A stretch of DNA of 16,307 bases, taken from contig CM119265.1 in the NCBI GenBank assembly GCA_051294375.1, forward strand, positions 26,834,694 to 26,851,000. Direction: 5' to 3'. The DNA comes from Paraspadella gotoi (taxonomy: Eukaryota; Animalia; Chaetognatha). The notes under the pieces are model-generated. The model worked only from the letters and a program-made list of their open reading frames with translations, did no database searches and was not told the origin of the DNA. The position numbers and the translations under genes are program-made. Position 1 is the first letter of the stretch, and each line of letters begins with the position of its first letter. Positions 1 through 9,329 of the stretch are shown in pieces.

Positions 1-310
1 TAATTGTTGGCGTGGCGTCAGTGGGGCATAATTGTTGGCGCGGCTTTGGAATGTGTTGAGTTTTTGGCGTAATTTTTGGCGTAGTTTTTGGGTTAGCGTT
101 AAAACGGGCGTTGTTTTTTGGCGTGGTTTGTTGAGCCGTATTGGTCGTGGTCGCGGAAGGAAGGTAGGTCCCGGTTTTTGGCGCGGCTTTTGGCTTGGCG
201 TAGTAAAGATCAGAAGAATTAACGTGGTTTTTAGCGTGGCGTAGCAAGGGTCGGTATTTTTGGCGCGGCTTTTGGCGTGCCGTAGAAAGGGTCTGGATTT
301 TTGGGGTGGT
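1..310 (-). repeat. Degenerate tandem repeat built on TTTTGGCG(C/T), about 40-bp higher-order unit
   Basis: The 19-mer TTTTGGCGCGGCTTTTGGC occurs exactly at 176-194 and 258-276. TTGGCG(C/T) recurs throughout 6-280, and GGCGTAG/GGGTC words recur at roughly 40-bp spacing. Confidence 0.75.
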
Positions 311-772
311 GATGAGAGAAATCGGGGTTAAAAGAATGAGGATTTGAATGTGACTTAAAAAGGGCGGAATCCAATTCATAGAGGGCGGAGGAAATCTTGC
401 GTCTGAGTTTTCTCGTGGTCCGAGTCAGAGCAGGAAGACAAAGAGTTGTGGATGGAGATTGGCTGGGGTTGATGGAGCTGGTGGTCATGTGTCTTTCTTG
501 CTTAGATGAGAGTCCGTGCTAGTTCATGTTGGGTTCTTGACGTTGAAATGGTAGGATCTTGTAGTCATTGTCGTTCTTGACAAAAGTTGATGGAAGCTTG
601 TAGTCATTGGTACGGTTTTGATTGATTGAAGAATGTAGTCATTTTGTACGTTCAATTGTTGATGAGACGTCTGTAGTCATTTGTTGTTTCTTGATGTGAT
701 TCTTCGCGAGCTGTAGTCATCTGTCTTGTTTTTTAGTAAATGTTGATGGTAGATTAGTTGTCTGTCGGGTCC
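1..772 (-). CDS. Possible exon (partial, likely frameshifted) of a repeat-rich low-complexity protein
   Basis: Two repeat arrays of about 39-41 bp period flank a non-repetitive stretch that is open on the minus strand (ORF 231-488, ...KNPDPFYGTPKAAPK...). A minus-strand pyrimidine tract and CCTCACAG acceptor-like site lie at plus 773-812. There is no continuous frame and no recognisable family. Confidence 0.25.
481..720 (-). repeat. Degenerate about 39-bp minisatellite, about 7 units, core GTAGTCAT (minus ATGACTAC)
   Basis: GTAGTCAT starts at 561, 600, 635, 673 and 713, with variants at 481 (GTGGTCAT) and about 519 (CTAGTTCAT). Spacings are 38, 42, 39, 35, 38 and 40 bp. TTCTTGA and GTTGATG words recur between cores. 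Confidence 0.8.
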
Positions 773-825
773 CTGTGAGGCAACTTGATTGTTTGAGAGA
801 AAAGTGAGAAGCTCTCATAAAAATT

Positions 826-900
826 TGTTGTTTTGGTCGTTGTTGCTGTTTTTGTTGTTGTTGTCGTTTATGTTGTTGATAATGTTTTTTTTGTTGTCAT
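826..900 (+). repeat. Imperfect (TTG)n microsatellite
   Basis: Repeated ttgttg/gttgtt runs are directly visible. Confidence 0.75.
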
Positions 901-1014
901 GGTTGATTTTCTTGAATTTTATAGTAATATGATTTTTATTTAATAAAATTTAATTTCGCAAACTTTTTATGTCTTCCTGTTGTCAGGTTTTCTTTATTGT
1001 TCGGTTCCTATTCA

Positions 1015-1016
<2 letters not shown>

Positions 1017-1053
<37 letters not shown>

Positions 1054-1570
1054 CTCTCTTCTCGTCTCTCTCCTCTCCGGTACGGTTCTCCTTCTCTTTT
1101 TTTTGTTTTTTTTTTTTCCTCTTCTATCTCTCTCTCCTCGCGGCTACGCTGTCTTTCGGTTCCCTGCGCTTCGTATTTTTTTCCCTCGCTCTAATTCTTT
1201 TATCTCTATCTCCGGGCAACTGAGTTTCTTGTCATCTTAATACAATTTACGCCCTTGCCATAACTCATTCCGATTCTGTCTCTCTCTTCTCGTTTTTCCA
1301 GTCGTCTCAATGGCGCTCTCTCTCTCTTCTCGTTCTCTTCCCTCTCTCTCTCCTTCTCTTCTGTTCTGGTGAAGGCTCCCCCACTGTCCTTTTTGTTTGA
1401 CAATGAGGATAAAGATCCAGCAATAGTTGTGCGGTCTCTTCCGCATCGGCTCGGAGAAGCTTTCTCTCTCTCCTGCTCTTCTCTCTCTCTCTCCTTCTCT
1501 CTTCTCTCTTCTCTCTCCTCTCTCTATCTCTCTCTCTCTCTTCTCTCATCTCCTCTCTCTCTCTGCTCTC
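1017..1570 (+). repeat. (CT)n microsatellite field with interruptions
   Basis: Pure (CT)n at about 1019-1050; imperfect CT tracts at 1120-1140, 1278-1360 and 1461-1570. Confidence 0.9.
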
Positions 1571-1700
1571 ACCATTCCTCCCCTTTTCTTTATCCTCAAA
1601 ACATCCCTCCGGGCCAAGGCCCTTCATTTACTCGTATTCTGAGAAGGGGGTAGTGAACCGAATGGATTCCACAATCCGCAGGGTGCCAGCTTTCGTTGTT

Positions 1701-3064
1701 ACAAAAAGAAGAATAATAAGCCTTGCTTAAATTTCTAATTCTGAGGATTAGCATTTAGGGTGCCATTTACGTTAACGCCCAAATGTGCCTAAATTATTAG
1801 AATGCCACATGCAAGGAAACTAGTCTAGAGGTTACAGAACATGGATGAAATCCTGCAGAAGAAAGGGTGGCTCCATATTAGACGCTTTAAAGGGGTGCCC
1901 ATTCGCAGAATGAGATGTCTAAAAGATTTTTATGACCAAAACTGAAGGGTACTGTGCATATTCCTACAAAAATAACATAGTACGTAAGAGATGTGTAAAC
2001 AGGTAAGATGTGCCGGTTGACAGTTAAACGTGCCCATTCGTTCGACCTGGCCGAAGTCCCTATACTCTTCGGTAACGCGGACAATTCGCCACTCCTGTCG
2101 TTAATCGGATGCCAATTTGAATTGGCGTTTAATAACCATATTGTGGCTGATCTGGAGTTTGGTATGTCGAATAAGCGGTTTGCCGTCGACCCTGTAATTA
2201 CATGGTCCCTCAAACCGAGAAAGTTCAAATGAATTATCTCTTAGTCTATTTTTATCCATTGCGGTTTTTTTATCTGGGGTATATAAGTTTCCTTACGCTT
2301 CTGTTAATTCTACCAAACCACCCACGCGCGAACAGAAATAATCATTCTTCTACATCCAATCCTCTCCCTCTCTCTCAACTACCTCTCGCGCTCCTCCGTT
2401 CTGCTCTCTCCTCCCTACATCTTCTCTCCTCTTCTTCATCCCAATCCACCTCCTCTCATCTCTCTCTCTCCTTCCTCTCTCATAATCCAAAAATGTATCC
2501 GCGGCTCCTAATGCGTAGTCGGCTAAATCATGCTTAACCTTAAACAACCCACCTACGCCTGCAAGTCTCCTAGTCCCTTACAACCAGCCGAGCCCCTGCC
2601 CCGAATCGCCAAGCACCACTGAGCCTCAAATTCTTGCACGCTCTAAACCACGACCCATCAACAACTACCCTCTTCCGCTCTTACATTCCCCACACCCTAC
2701 AACACCTTTAAAAAAACCTCCCATCCTCTCTGCCACAACCACCAAACAACCACCACAACCGCCCCGTCTCTCCCTACTCCCTTGCCCCTTTGAGTCGAGT
2801 AGTTTCATTAATACATTTAAATCACTGGTTGCTCTCCTTGGTCTGTCTGTCATTTCTGCTTCGCGAAGATCATTTTTCCAGAGTCGCAGAAATGGGGCCA
2901 CTTTTCGATTCTTCTTCGTGCCTCTCTCTCTCTCTGTCTCTCTCTCTCTCTCCTTTCCTCGTCTCTCTCTCTCTCTCTCTTCCGCTCTCTCTCTTTCCTC
3001 TCTCTCTCTCTCTCTTCTCTCTCCTCTTCTCTCTCTCTTATCTCTAAAAAAAAGTCTCTTTCAA
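1701..3064 (+). repeat. Copy A of a three-copy segment (insertion-rich version), ending in (CT)n
   Basis: Shares ordered anchors with 6331-6952 and the reverse complement of 7001-7861: ATGCAAGGAAA, TCTAGAGGTTACA (A and B), ATGAAATCCT, CAACTACCCTCTTCC, ACCTCCCATCCTCTCTG, TTTCTGCTTCGCGAAGATCATTTT and GAAATGG.GCCACTTTTC, then (CT)n at 2922-3045 and TCTAAAAAA. Confidence 0.9.
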
Positions 3065-3075
3065 GTTTTATACCT

Positions 3076-3520
3076 GGGTATTGGTAACCAGTAGCATATG
3101 GGTAATACTAGAAATTAATGTAGCAATATTGATAAGATTTAATAACATCATAGAATTAGATCACTTAACTGTAGCAGTTCATAGCAACTCACTTAAAAGG
3201 CTCAAATTGATCATATGTCTGTCATGGGCTTATCAGCGATGATATGCGAGAAGGAAAAGATCGCTGGCCGCAACAGGGGGATACCGAACAAGATGGGGAC
3301 CGAAGGGTATTGAGACGGTATAGTGGGTAGGAATACCTGAAGATGGAGAGACGAGACGGAAGAGAAGGAGGGCGCGAGACCGAGAAGCGAGAAGTCCGAC
3401 GCGCGCTGATACTGTCAGGATTTGACCGCGTGTGTGAAGATACAAGATGGGAGCCGTAATGTAGGGAGGGTATGGTCCTACGTACGCGCAGATACTGACC
3501 CTGATTTGCCCGCTTGTGAC
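3076..3520 (+). repeat. Copy 1 of a second duplicated block
   Basis: Exact strings shared with 9330-9650: ACCAGTAGCATATG (3087/9347), AGATCACTTAACTGTAGC (3158/9413) and CATATGTCTGTCATGGG (3212/9462). The right boundary is approximate. Confidence 0.88.
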
Positions 3521-4608
3521 CGCTCGAGCGGTATTGAAATTAATGACCCAAAACTGAAACGATGATTTCCCAGTGTTGGGGAGAACACGAAAGAAATCCC
3601 TGCGACTCTTTGCTAATTTTGGTCAACTGGAATAAAAAAAAATAAAAAACAAATTTAAAAAAATAAAAAAATTGTTTTTGATAAAATATGCAGGTAATTT
3701 GGCTACATCCGTTGCTTGGCGCTTGACTCTTTACCCCGTATGTATCTGAGCAGCGTTTGCGGGTTGTGGGGTGTTCCTGCGTCGAACCGATAGTCCGGCG
3801 AGAATCAATAAAACGGACCGACAAATAGAAAAACTTCGCCTTGAAGGAAAAATATGATGGCAAAAAGATGGAAAAAAATCATATTAAGTGGACAAACGCT
3901 TTTTCAACACCGTTAAAGTTGAGGGAAATATTAAAATAAAATGGTGTAAGTGAAAAATCGTGGAAGAACGACGTTAATGGGAACGATCCTCTTCATGAAG
4001 AAGCAAAAAAGCGAAAATTAAAATTAAAAAAAAAAACAAAAAGAAATGTTTCCAATTTAAGAATAAAAAAGTTAGACTCCATATGAAAAAAATTTAGGTG
4101 AAAAAAGTATTCCCGAGGAGAAATTGCGTCTGGGAAACGAAGATTCGGAAAAAAGGATACCTGTGGACAAAATGAAGAATTAGAGGCGCGGATGATGGAA
4201 GAAAAACTGACGACTCGCGGATGTGGACCAGTTGTTGTTTTGTTGTTGTCGATTTTTCTCTGGCTCTGCTGAGTTTTTACTGACTGTTTGGTAATGTATA
4301 TGCACCAACCGATGAAATAAATGTCTGGGGTGATCATTTTTCCGTACGCGAGGACGACAAATGGAGGAAGATTAAAGTGGCTTGTGACACCAGTGAGTCA
4401 ATCAACGTTTTCGATGTTTTTTTGTATCTTTCTCCTTGGTTCGAACCTCCCGCAAAAAAAGGAGAGAAGTTGACAATTTCACGGGAATTTTATTCATCCG
4501 AGTTTTATGATCGTTTTACGCGAGGAGACAGTTGGACCGCGAGACGAGAGGATCGTTTAGAATTATCCGCGCAATAATTTCGGTGAGACTCTTGCTGATG
4601 TCAGCTGT

Positions 4609-4730
4609 GGAGAGAGAGGAGAAAATTAGGGAGAAAGTGATAGAGGAGGAGAAGGGAGAGGGGAGGAGATGAGGAGAGAGGATGAAAGGGGAGGGGAGAG
4701 AAAAGAAAGGGGTTGAGTAGGTAGAGGAAG
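4609..4730 (+). repeat. Homopurine-rich (GA/GGA) low-complexity tract
   Basis: Almost exclusively G/A, e.g. gagaggagga...gaagggagaggggaggag. Confidence 0.8.
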
Positions 4731-4848
4731 TTGTATTCTTTTTGTTGAGAGGGGACTAAATATTATGATCTTGATGACATCTTGTGCCTCCTTCTGAGCT
4801 AAGCTAAATGATATAAAATACGTTAATCCAGTTTGATAATTTGCTTCG

Positions 4849-5020
4849 TCATATCATCGTCATTACCACACTATCATTCAGTCATCATTTACAATCTCTA
4901 CTCATCATCATTTCATCATCGTCGTCGTCCGGTGACGAAATCGAAGTCTATCTCAGATTACCAATGCTACTCCGCCACTGTCAATAACCAGTCACATTTC
5001 ACATCACAATCACAATCACA
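4849..5020 (+). repeat. Degenerate (TCA)n/(TCG)n microsatellite plus short (TCACAA)n
   Basis: tcatcatca/tcatcatcgtcgtcgtc at about 4849-4929 and tcacaatcacaatcaca at about 5004-5020. Confidence 0.65.
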
Positions 5021-5460
5021 GTCTCACGCTGACTCTGCATTCCTTGTCTGGTGGAATCGCTTCGGATTCGATGACGAATTTCCGAAAAGAAAGATTCCGC
5101 GACGTTGAATCGTGGAGGTAATCGGGGTTTGAAGGAGTGAAGATGCGAGACGGTGGAAGGGAAGAGTTGAGGAATAGGTGTTCGAATCGTGTTTGAGTGC
5201 GATGTGACTTTGGGAGGGACAGGGATTGCCGCGTTGGGAATAAAGAGTGGAGAAGTCGGGATTAAGTCGGAGGAGATCGAGGGTCAGTGCTTGGTCAGTC
5301 GAGGGAAGTAGAGAGGGAGTTACGCGGCGGGTGAATGAGTTGAGTTAGCCGCAATAGCGTAAAACGGTTGTTTCTGTCGTGCGACGATTTATTTCTGATC
5401 CTCGGGAATATTGACAAAGTTTTTAGGAAACGCAGAATTTTTTACCGATATGCGATATTA

Positions 5461-5671
5461 TTTCTTGGAGCCGCTGCCGCAGCAGCCAGCCCGGCGCTCC
5501 GCACTGCTACTATGCGTTCGCCATGTACGACCGATTCCCGTTATCGGTCTAGTGGCTGACAAACCAAATGTGAACGAGATGAGGCGGCAGAACGACGCAG
5601 AAAGCTTCGTCAAGAAGCTCGGCGCAGCTCAAGACCGAAAAAAGCAAAAAGAAAAACAAGCATGGAAGTAA
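5461..5671 (+). CDS. Possible internal exon (GC-rich, codon-like island); product unknown
   Basis: GC-rich stretch followed by AT-rich DNA. It reads ...ADKPNVNEMRRQNDAESFVKKLGAAQDRKKQKEKQAW in ORF 5411-5671, with a donor-like GAA|GTAAGA at 5668. No clear acceptor and no recognised family. Confidence 0.2.
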
Positions 5672-6245
5672 GAAGGTATAACAAATTTGCGAACCGGTCT
5701 CAAGGCTAGAGTTTTGATTAAATGAGATTAAAAAAATAACTCAATGTTGAAAATTGACATCTCAATATAAGATGTTTTGTAAGTGGAAATGTTAACTATT
5801 GATGAAAAAAGAAGTCGGATTATCGATGCTGTGACAATATGAGTAAAAGAAGGAGTATCAGATGCTTTGTATGATACATCATAAGGAGAAATAAAACCAC
5901 AATTCTATGGATTTTATATACATAAACATTCTTTTTTTGACCTTATTACTAACGTTTAATTGGGGTGAACGACCGTACCTACTTGCCTTCTCTGTTATAC
6001 TGTGCAAACATCGAAGGGTATTATTCTTGTCAGGTTACAAAAATGTTATCAATGTGTTAGGATATAATCTGATCACATCCTCAATTGGGCTTGAAGTCGT
6101 CATCAAGTAATCATGAAATGGTCAGAACACAGATCTATACCGATCTGCAATGCCAACAAATACGCTCCAAGAAAAATAAAAAAGATTGATGTAAAATATA
6201 ATAAACTAATCCATCTACCCTCGTCCTCTCTACCTCGTCTGTCTG

Positions 6246-6270
6246 NNNNNNNNNNNNNNNNNNNNNNNNN
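6246..6270. other. Assembly gap (25 N)
   Basis: Run of 25 N. Confidence 0.99.
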
Positions 6271-6330
6271 TCTCGCTCGCTCAAGCGTTTTCCTTTTTTC
6301 ACAAACCTTTCAATATGACATAAATTTTTA

Positions 6331-6919
6331 ACAAAAAAGAATAATAGCTCTGCTAAATTTCTAATTTAGAATTAAGAATTTAGATTAAGCCCAAAATATT
6401 AAAATTAAATGCAATGCAAGGAAATATCTAGAGGTTACAAACATAAGATGAAATCCTCAGAGAAAGTAATTTAAAGATGAAAATTTAAAGATTTTTTTAA
6501 CAAAACAAGACGATTTACAAAAACAACTACGTAATGAAACATAAATGTTTGACAATAAAAGTCTTGACCTCATCTTTCTAACATCGTTAAATAATGTTTA
6601 ACGTTTTTTACTTCAAATATTTTTAGTTCCTTCGCTTCTTTAATTTTTTACCAACCACCACGCCGCAATCCTTACCAACCACCACGCNNNNNNNNNNCAA
6701 CCAACTACCCTCTTCCCTCTACATTCCTTCACCACACCCTATCAACCACAACCTCCCATCCTCTCTGGCCACAACCACCACAACCACCACAACCCCCCCT
6801 CTCTCCACTCCACTTGTCCCCGTGAGATGTTCATTAACTTAATCACGGTCGTCTTCTGTCAATTTCTGCTTCGCGAAGATCATTTTCCAGAGTTCGCAGA
6901 AATGGGGCCACTTTTCTAT

Positions 6920-6952
<33 letters not shown>
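6331..6952 (+). repeat. Copy B of the three-copy segment; left arm of a long inverted repeat
   Basis: 6341-6952 is the reverse complement of most of 7001-7861, e.g. ATAATAGCTCTGCTAAAT vs ATTTAGCAGAGCTATTAT and TTGACAATAAAAGTCTTGACCTCAT vs ATGAGGTCAAGACTTTTATTGTCAA. It contains a 10-N gap at 6688-6697 and ends in (CT)n. Confidence 0.95.
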
Positions 6953-6977
6953 NNNNNNNNNNNNNNNNNNNNNNNNN
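6953..6977. other. Assembly gap (25 N) at the centre of the inverted repeat
   Basis: Run of 25 N between the (CT)n end of copy B and the start of copy C. Confidence 0.99.
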
Positions 6978-7000
6978 ACAACCATCTAACAATAATCTAA

Positions 7001-7861
7001 TTGAAGAGAACTTTTTTAGACAGATAAGAGAGAGAGAGAGGAGAGAGAGAGAGAGGAGAGAGAGGAGAGAGAGAGCGAAGAGAGGAGCAGAAGGAGAGAG
7101 ATGACGAGAGAGAGAGAGGCACGAAAAAATCGAAAAGTGGCGCCATTTCTATTTCTGTCGGTTTGCGAACTCTGGAAAATGATCTTCGCGAAGCAGAAAT
7201 GACAGACAGACGGAACCAGTGATTTAATGTATTAATGAACATCTACGGTCGACAATGGAGTTTGGGGGAACAAAGGGAGTAGGAGAGTACGGGGCGTGTT
7301 GTGGTGGTTGTTGGTGGTTTGGGCAGAGAGGATGGGAGGTTGTTTAAGGTTTGATAGGGTGTGGTGAAAAGGAATGTAGAGCGGAAGAGGGTAGTTGTTG
7401 TGGTCGGTGCAGCTTTAGTGGCTGGGATTGGGGGGCGTGTGGTTGGTAAGGGACTGGGGCCGTGGTGGTGAGTAGGATTGCGGCGTGGGGTGGTTGGGTA
7501 AGGATTGGGGCGTGGTGGTTGGTAAGGGATTGCCGGCGCTGGTGGTTGGTATAAAAATTAAAGAAGCGAAGGAACTAAAAATATTTGAAGTAAAATGTTA
7601 AAACATTATTTTAACGATGTTAGAAAGAATGAGGTCAAGACTTTTATTGTCAACATTTATGTTTCATTACGAAGTGTTTGTAAAATCGTCCTTGGTTCTT
7701 GTTAAAAAAATCTTTAATTTTTCATCCTTTAAAATTACTTCTCTGAGGATTTCATGCTTATGTTTGTAACTTAGATTTCCTTGCATGGCATTTAATTTTT
7801 AAATGATATTTGGGATTAATCTAAATTCTTAATTCTAAATTAGATTTAGCAGAGCTATTAT
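7001..7861 (-). repeat. Copy C of the three-copy segment (inverted); right arm of the inverted repeat
   Basis: The reverse complement aligns colinearly with copy B (from 6341) and copy A, including the terminal TCTAAAAAAGTTCTCTTCAA matching 3043-3064. Similarity stops abruptly at 7861. Confidence 0.95.
7425..7551 (+). repeat. About 24-bp G-rich minisatellite (GGTTGGTAAGGATTGCGGCGTGGT), about 5 units, inside copy C
   Basis: About five degenerate units are visible. The complementary unit CCAACCACCACGCCGCAATCCTTA starts at 6651 and again at 6675 in copy B (24-bp period). Confidence 0.85.
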
Positions 7862-9329
7862 GTCGCGGTGCACAGTCATGTGGAAATTTTATTCAGCTCT
7901 TCTCATGCAAAATTCTTTATCTTGGTGACAAAGTTGATTTAACTCTGTTGATTACTTAACATATGCCTTATATTCGAAAGAACATAGGCTTTTTTTACGC
8001 TGACTGTTTTTAATCAGTAAGATCGCCAAAAGAATACATCAAAAATATGTAAAAAATCAGGCCTAAAAAGTAGCTTAAACGGTGACAAAATATTCAATAC
8101 ACGCTCAATTGTATTAATCTGGGTTAATTGTTGATTAAAAAAGTTATGAATTAATCAAACTCCAATTTAAACTAGAGTCAAGAGCTATCTTTTAAACCTA
8201 TTATTTTTCATTTAAAGGAAATTTAGGCATAAATCAACCAAATTTATCTCTAAAATTTCCAGAATGACAAAACAATATTGCTTTTTTCTAAGGTTTTTGT
8301 ATTCATTTTGTGGCTGTGACCTTGTTTGTCGGTTTTAAAGAAAAGACTAAGAGACATTTTTTGGGAAAGACTATTCTTGAGACTTTAGGTATAAATTTTT
8401 CTTTAAAATTATTTTTAAAAGTTTAGTAACTAAAATGAATTTTAATAATTAAAAGTTGAATATTTTATAATTTGAGAAAAAAACATTTGTCTCATGGAGA
8501 ATTATAAATAAGGAACTTGAGAAATAATTTTGCATTTTTGAAAAAAATGCAGATTTTCGCAATCGATTGTTGTCACAATCTGATGTTTTTTATATTTTTT
8601 TGGAATTTATTATTTGATTTTATGCAAAATTATAATTCTTCGTGAGCATGGTCTGAAAAAGTTTTTTTTAAATTTTTTTTCGTTTTTTTCTTTCCTTTTT
8701 TTTTTTTTCTTTTTAATGTGTTGCCCATAAGTATTTCAAGAGGGGAATTGGGGAGGACAGTTTTTTTCCTTATCTTTTTATTATTGTCGATCATTATGGC
8801 TATCAATCATTTTATTGAATCATTGCTTTAATAATAATTGACTGTTATAAATGTGGTGTAATGTATGTAAGATGAGCAAGAAGTTCTGAAATTGATTGCA
8901 GAAAACCAAAGAGAAAGCGACATAGAGAGAGTGAGGCAAGAGTGGAGAGCAACGAGAGCAAAGCTAAAGGTGAGAGAGAGAATTCTGATTGTTGTTTAAG
9001 ATCGAAGCCGTTGCACGTTTCAGGCGCTATCACAAACTATTTTTTTTTTTCGTAACCGAGGGATGTCAGATAAGAAAGATATTTTTGATGTGACTGAAAA
9101 GTGAAAATCGGCGGCACTGGTTAAGGAAAAGAAAGAGAAGAGAGAAAAGAAAGAGAAGTCAGCAAACTGTAAGGACAACAAAGTGAACCAAACAGTAATG
9201 AACTCTATGGTAAACTTATGCCTGAGCTCTAATTTTCAATCCAGATCATAGACTATGGATATGAAAATAATTAATAAGATGGTTGATTTTATTCAAATAA
9301 ATAATATGTATTGCGGACTTAACCAAGGC

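Noticed and set aside
176-276. E2F-site cluster (TTTGGCGC)
   Set aside because: The matches are part of the tandem repeat unit, and there is no independent evidence of a promoter.
481-720. CRISPR-like or regulatory array of GTAGTCAT
   Set aside because: The constant part is only about 8-10 bp and the intervening sequences are related, so it is a degenerate tandem repeat.
969-1653. Cluster of overlapping LSLS/ERER ORFs
   Set aside because: These are translations of (CT)n/(GA)n in several frames. The same applies to ORFs at 2202-3047, 6997-7242 and 10662-11112.
1887-2232. Complex-looking ORFs 1887-2228 (-) and 2008-2232 (+)
   Set aside because: They lie in the insertion-rich part of copy A, and the corresponding sequence in copies B and C is half as long, AT-rich and has no such ORF.
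4833-5108. Ser/His/Gln-rich ORF
   Set aside because: It is largely a translation of (TCA)n and (TCACAA)n repeats, with no recognisable domain or splice signals.
1701-6952. Copies A and B as the LTRs of a retrotransposon enclosing 3065-6330
   Set aside because: I see no TG...CA termini, primer-binding site, target-site duplication or gag/pol remnants, and a third inverted copy is adjacent.
6953-7000. Retained PacBio SMRTbell adapter at the foldback centre
   Set aside because: The visible spacer (ACAACCATCTAACAATAATCTAA) does not match the adapter convincingly. An artefactual origin is still possible but not proven by an adapter.
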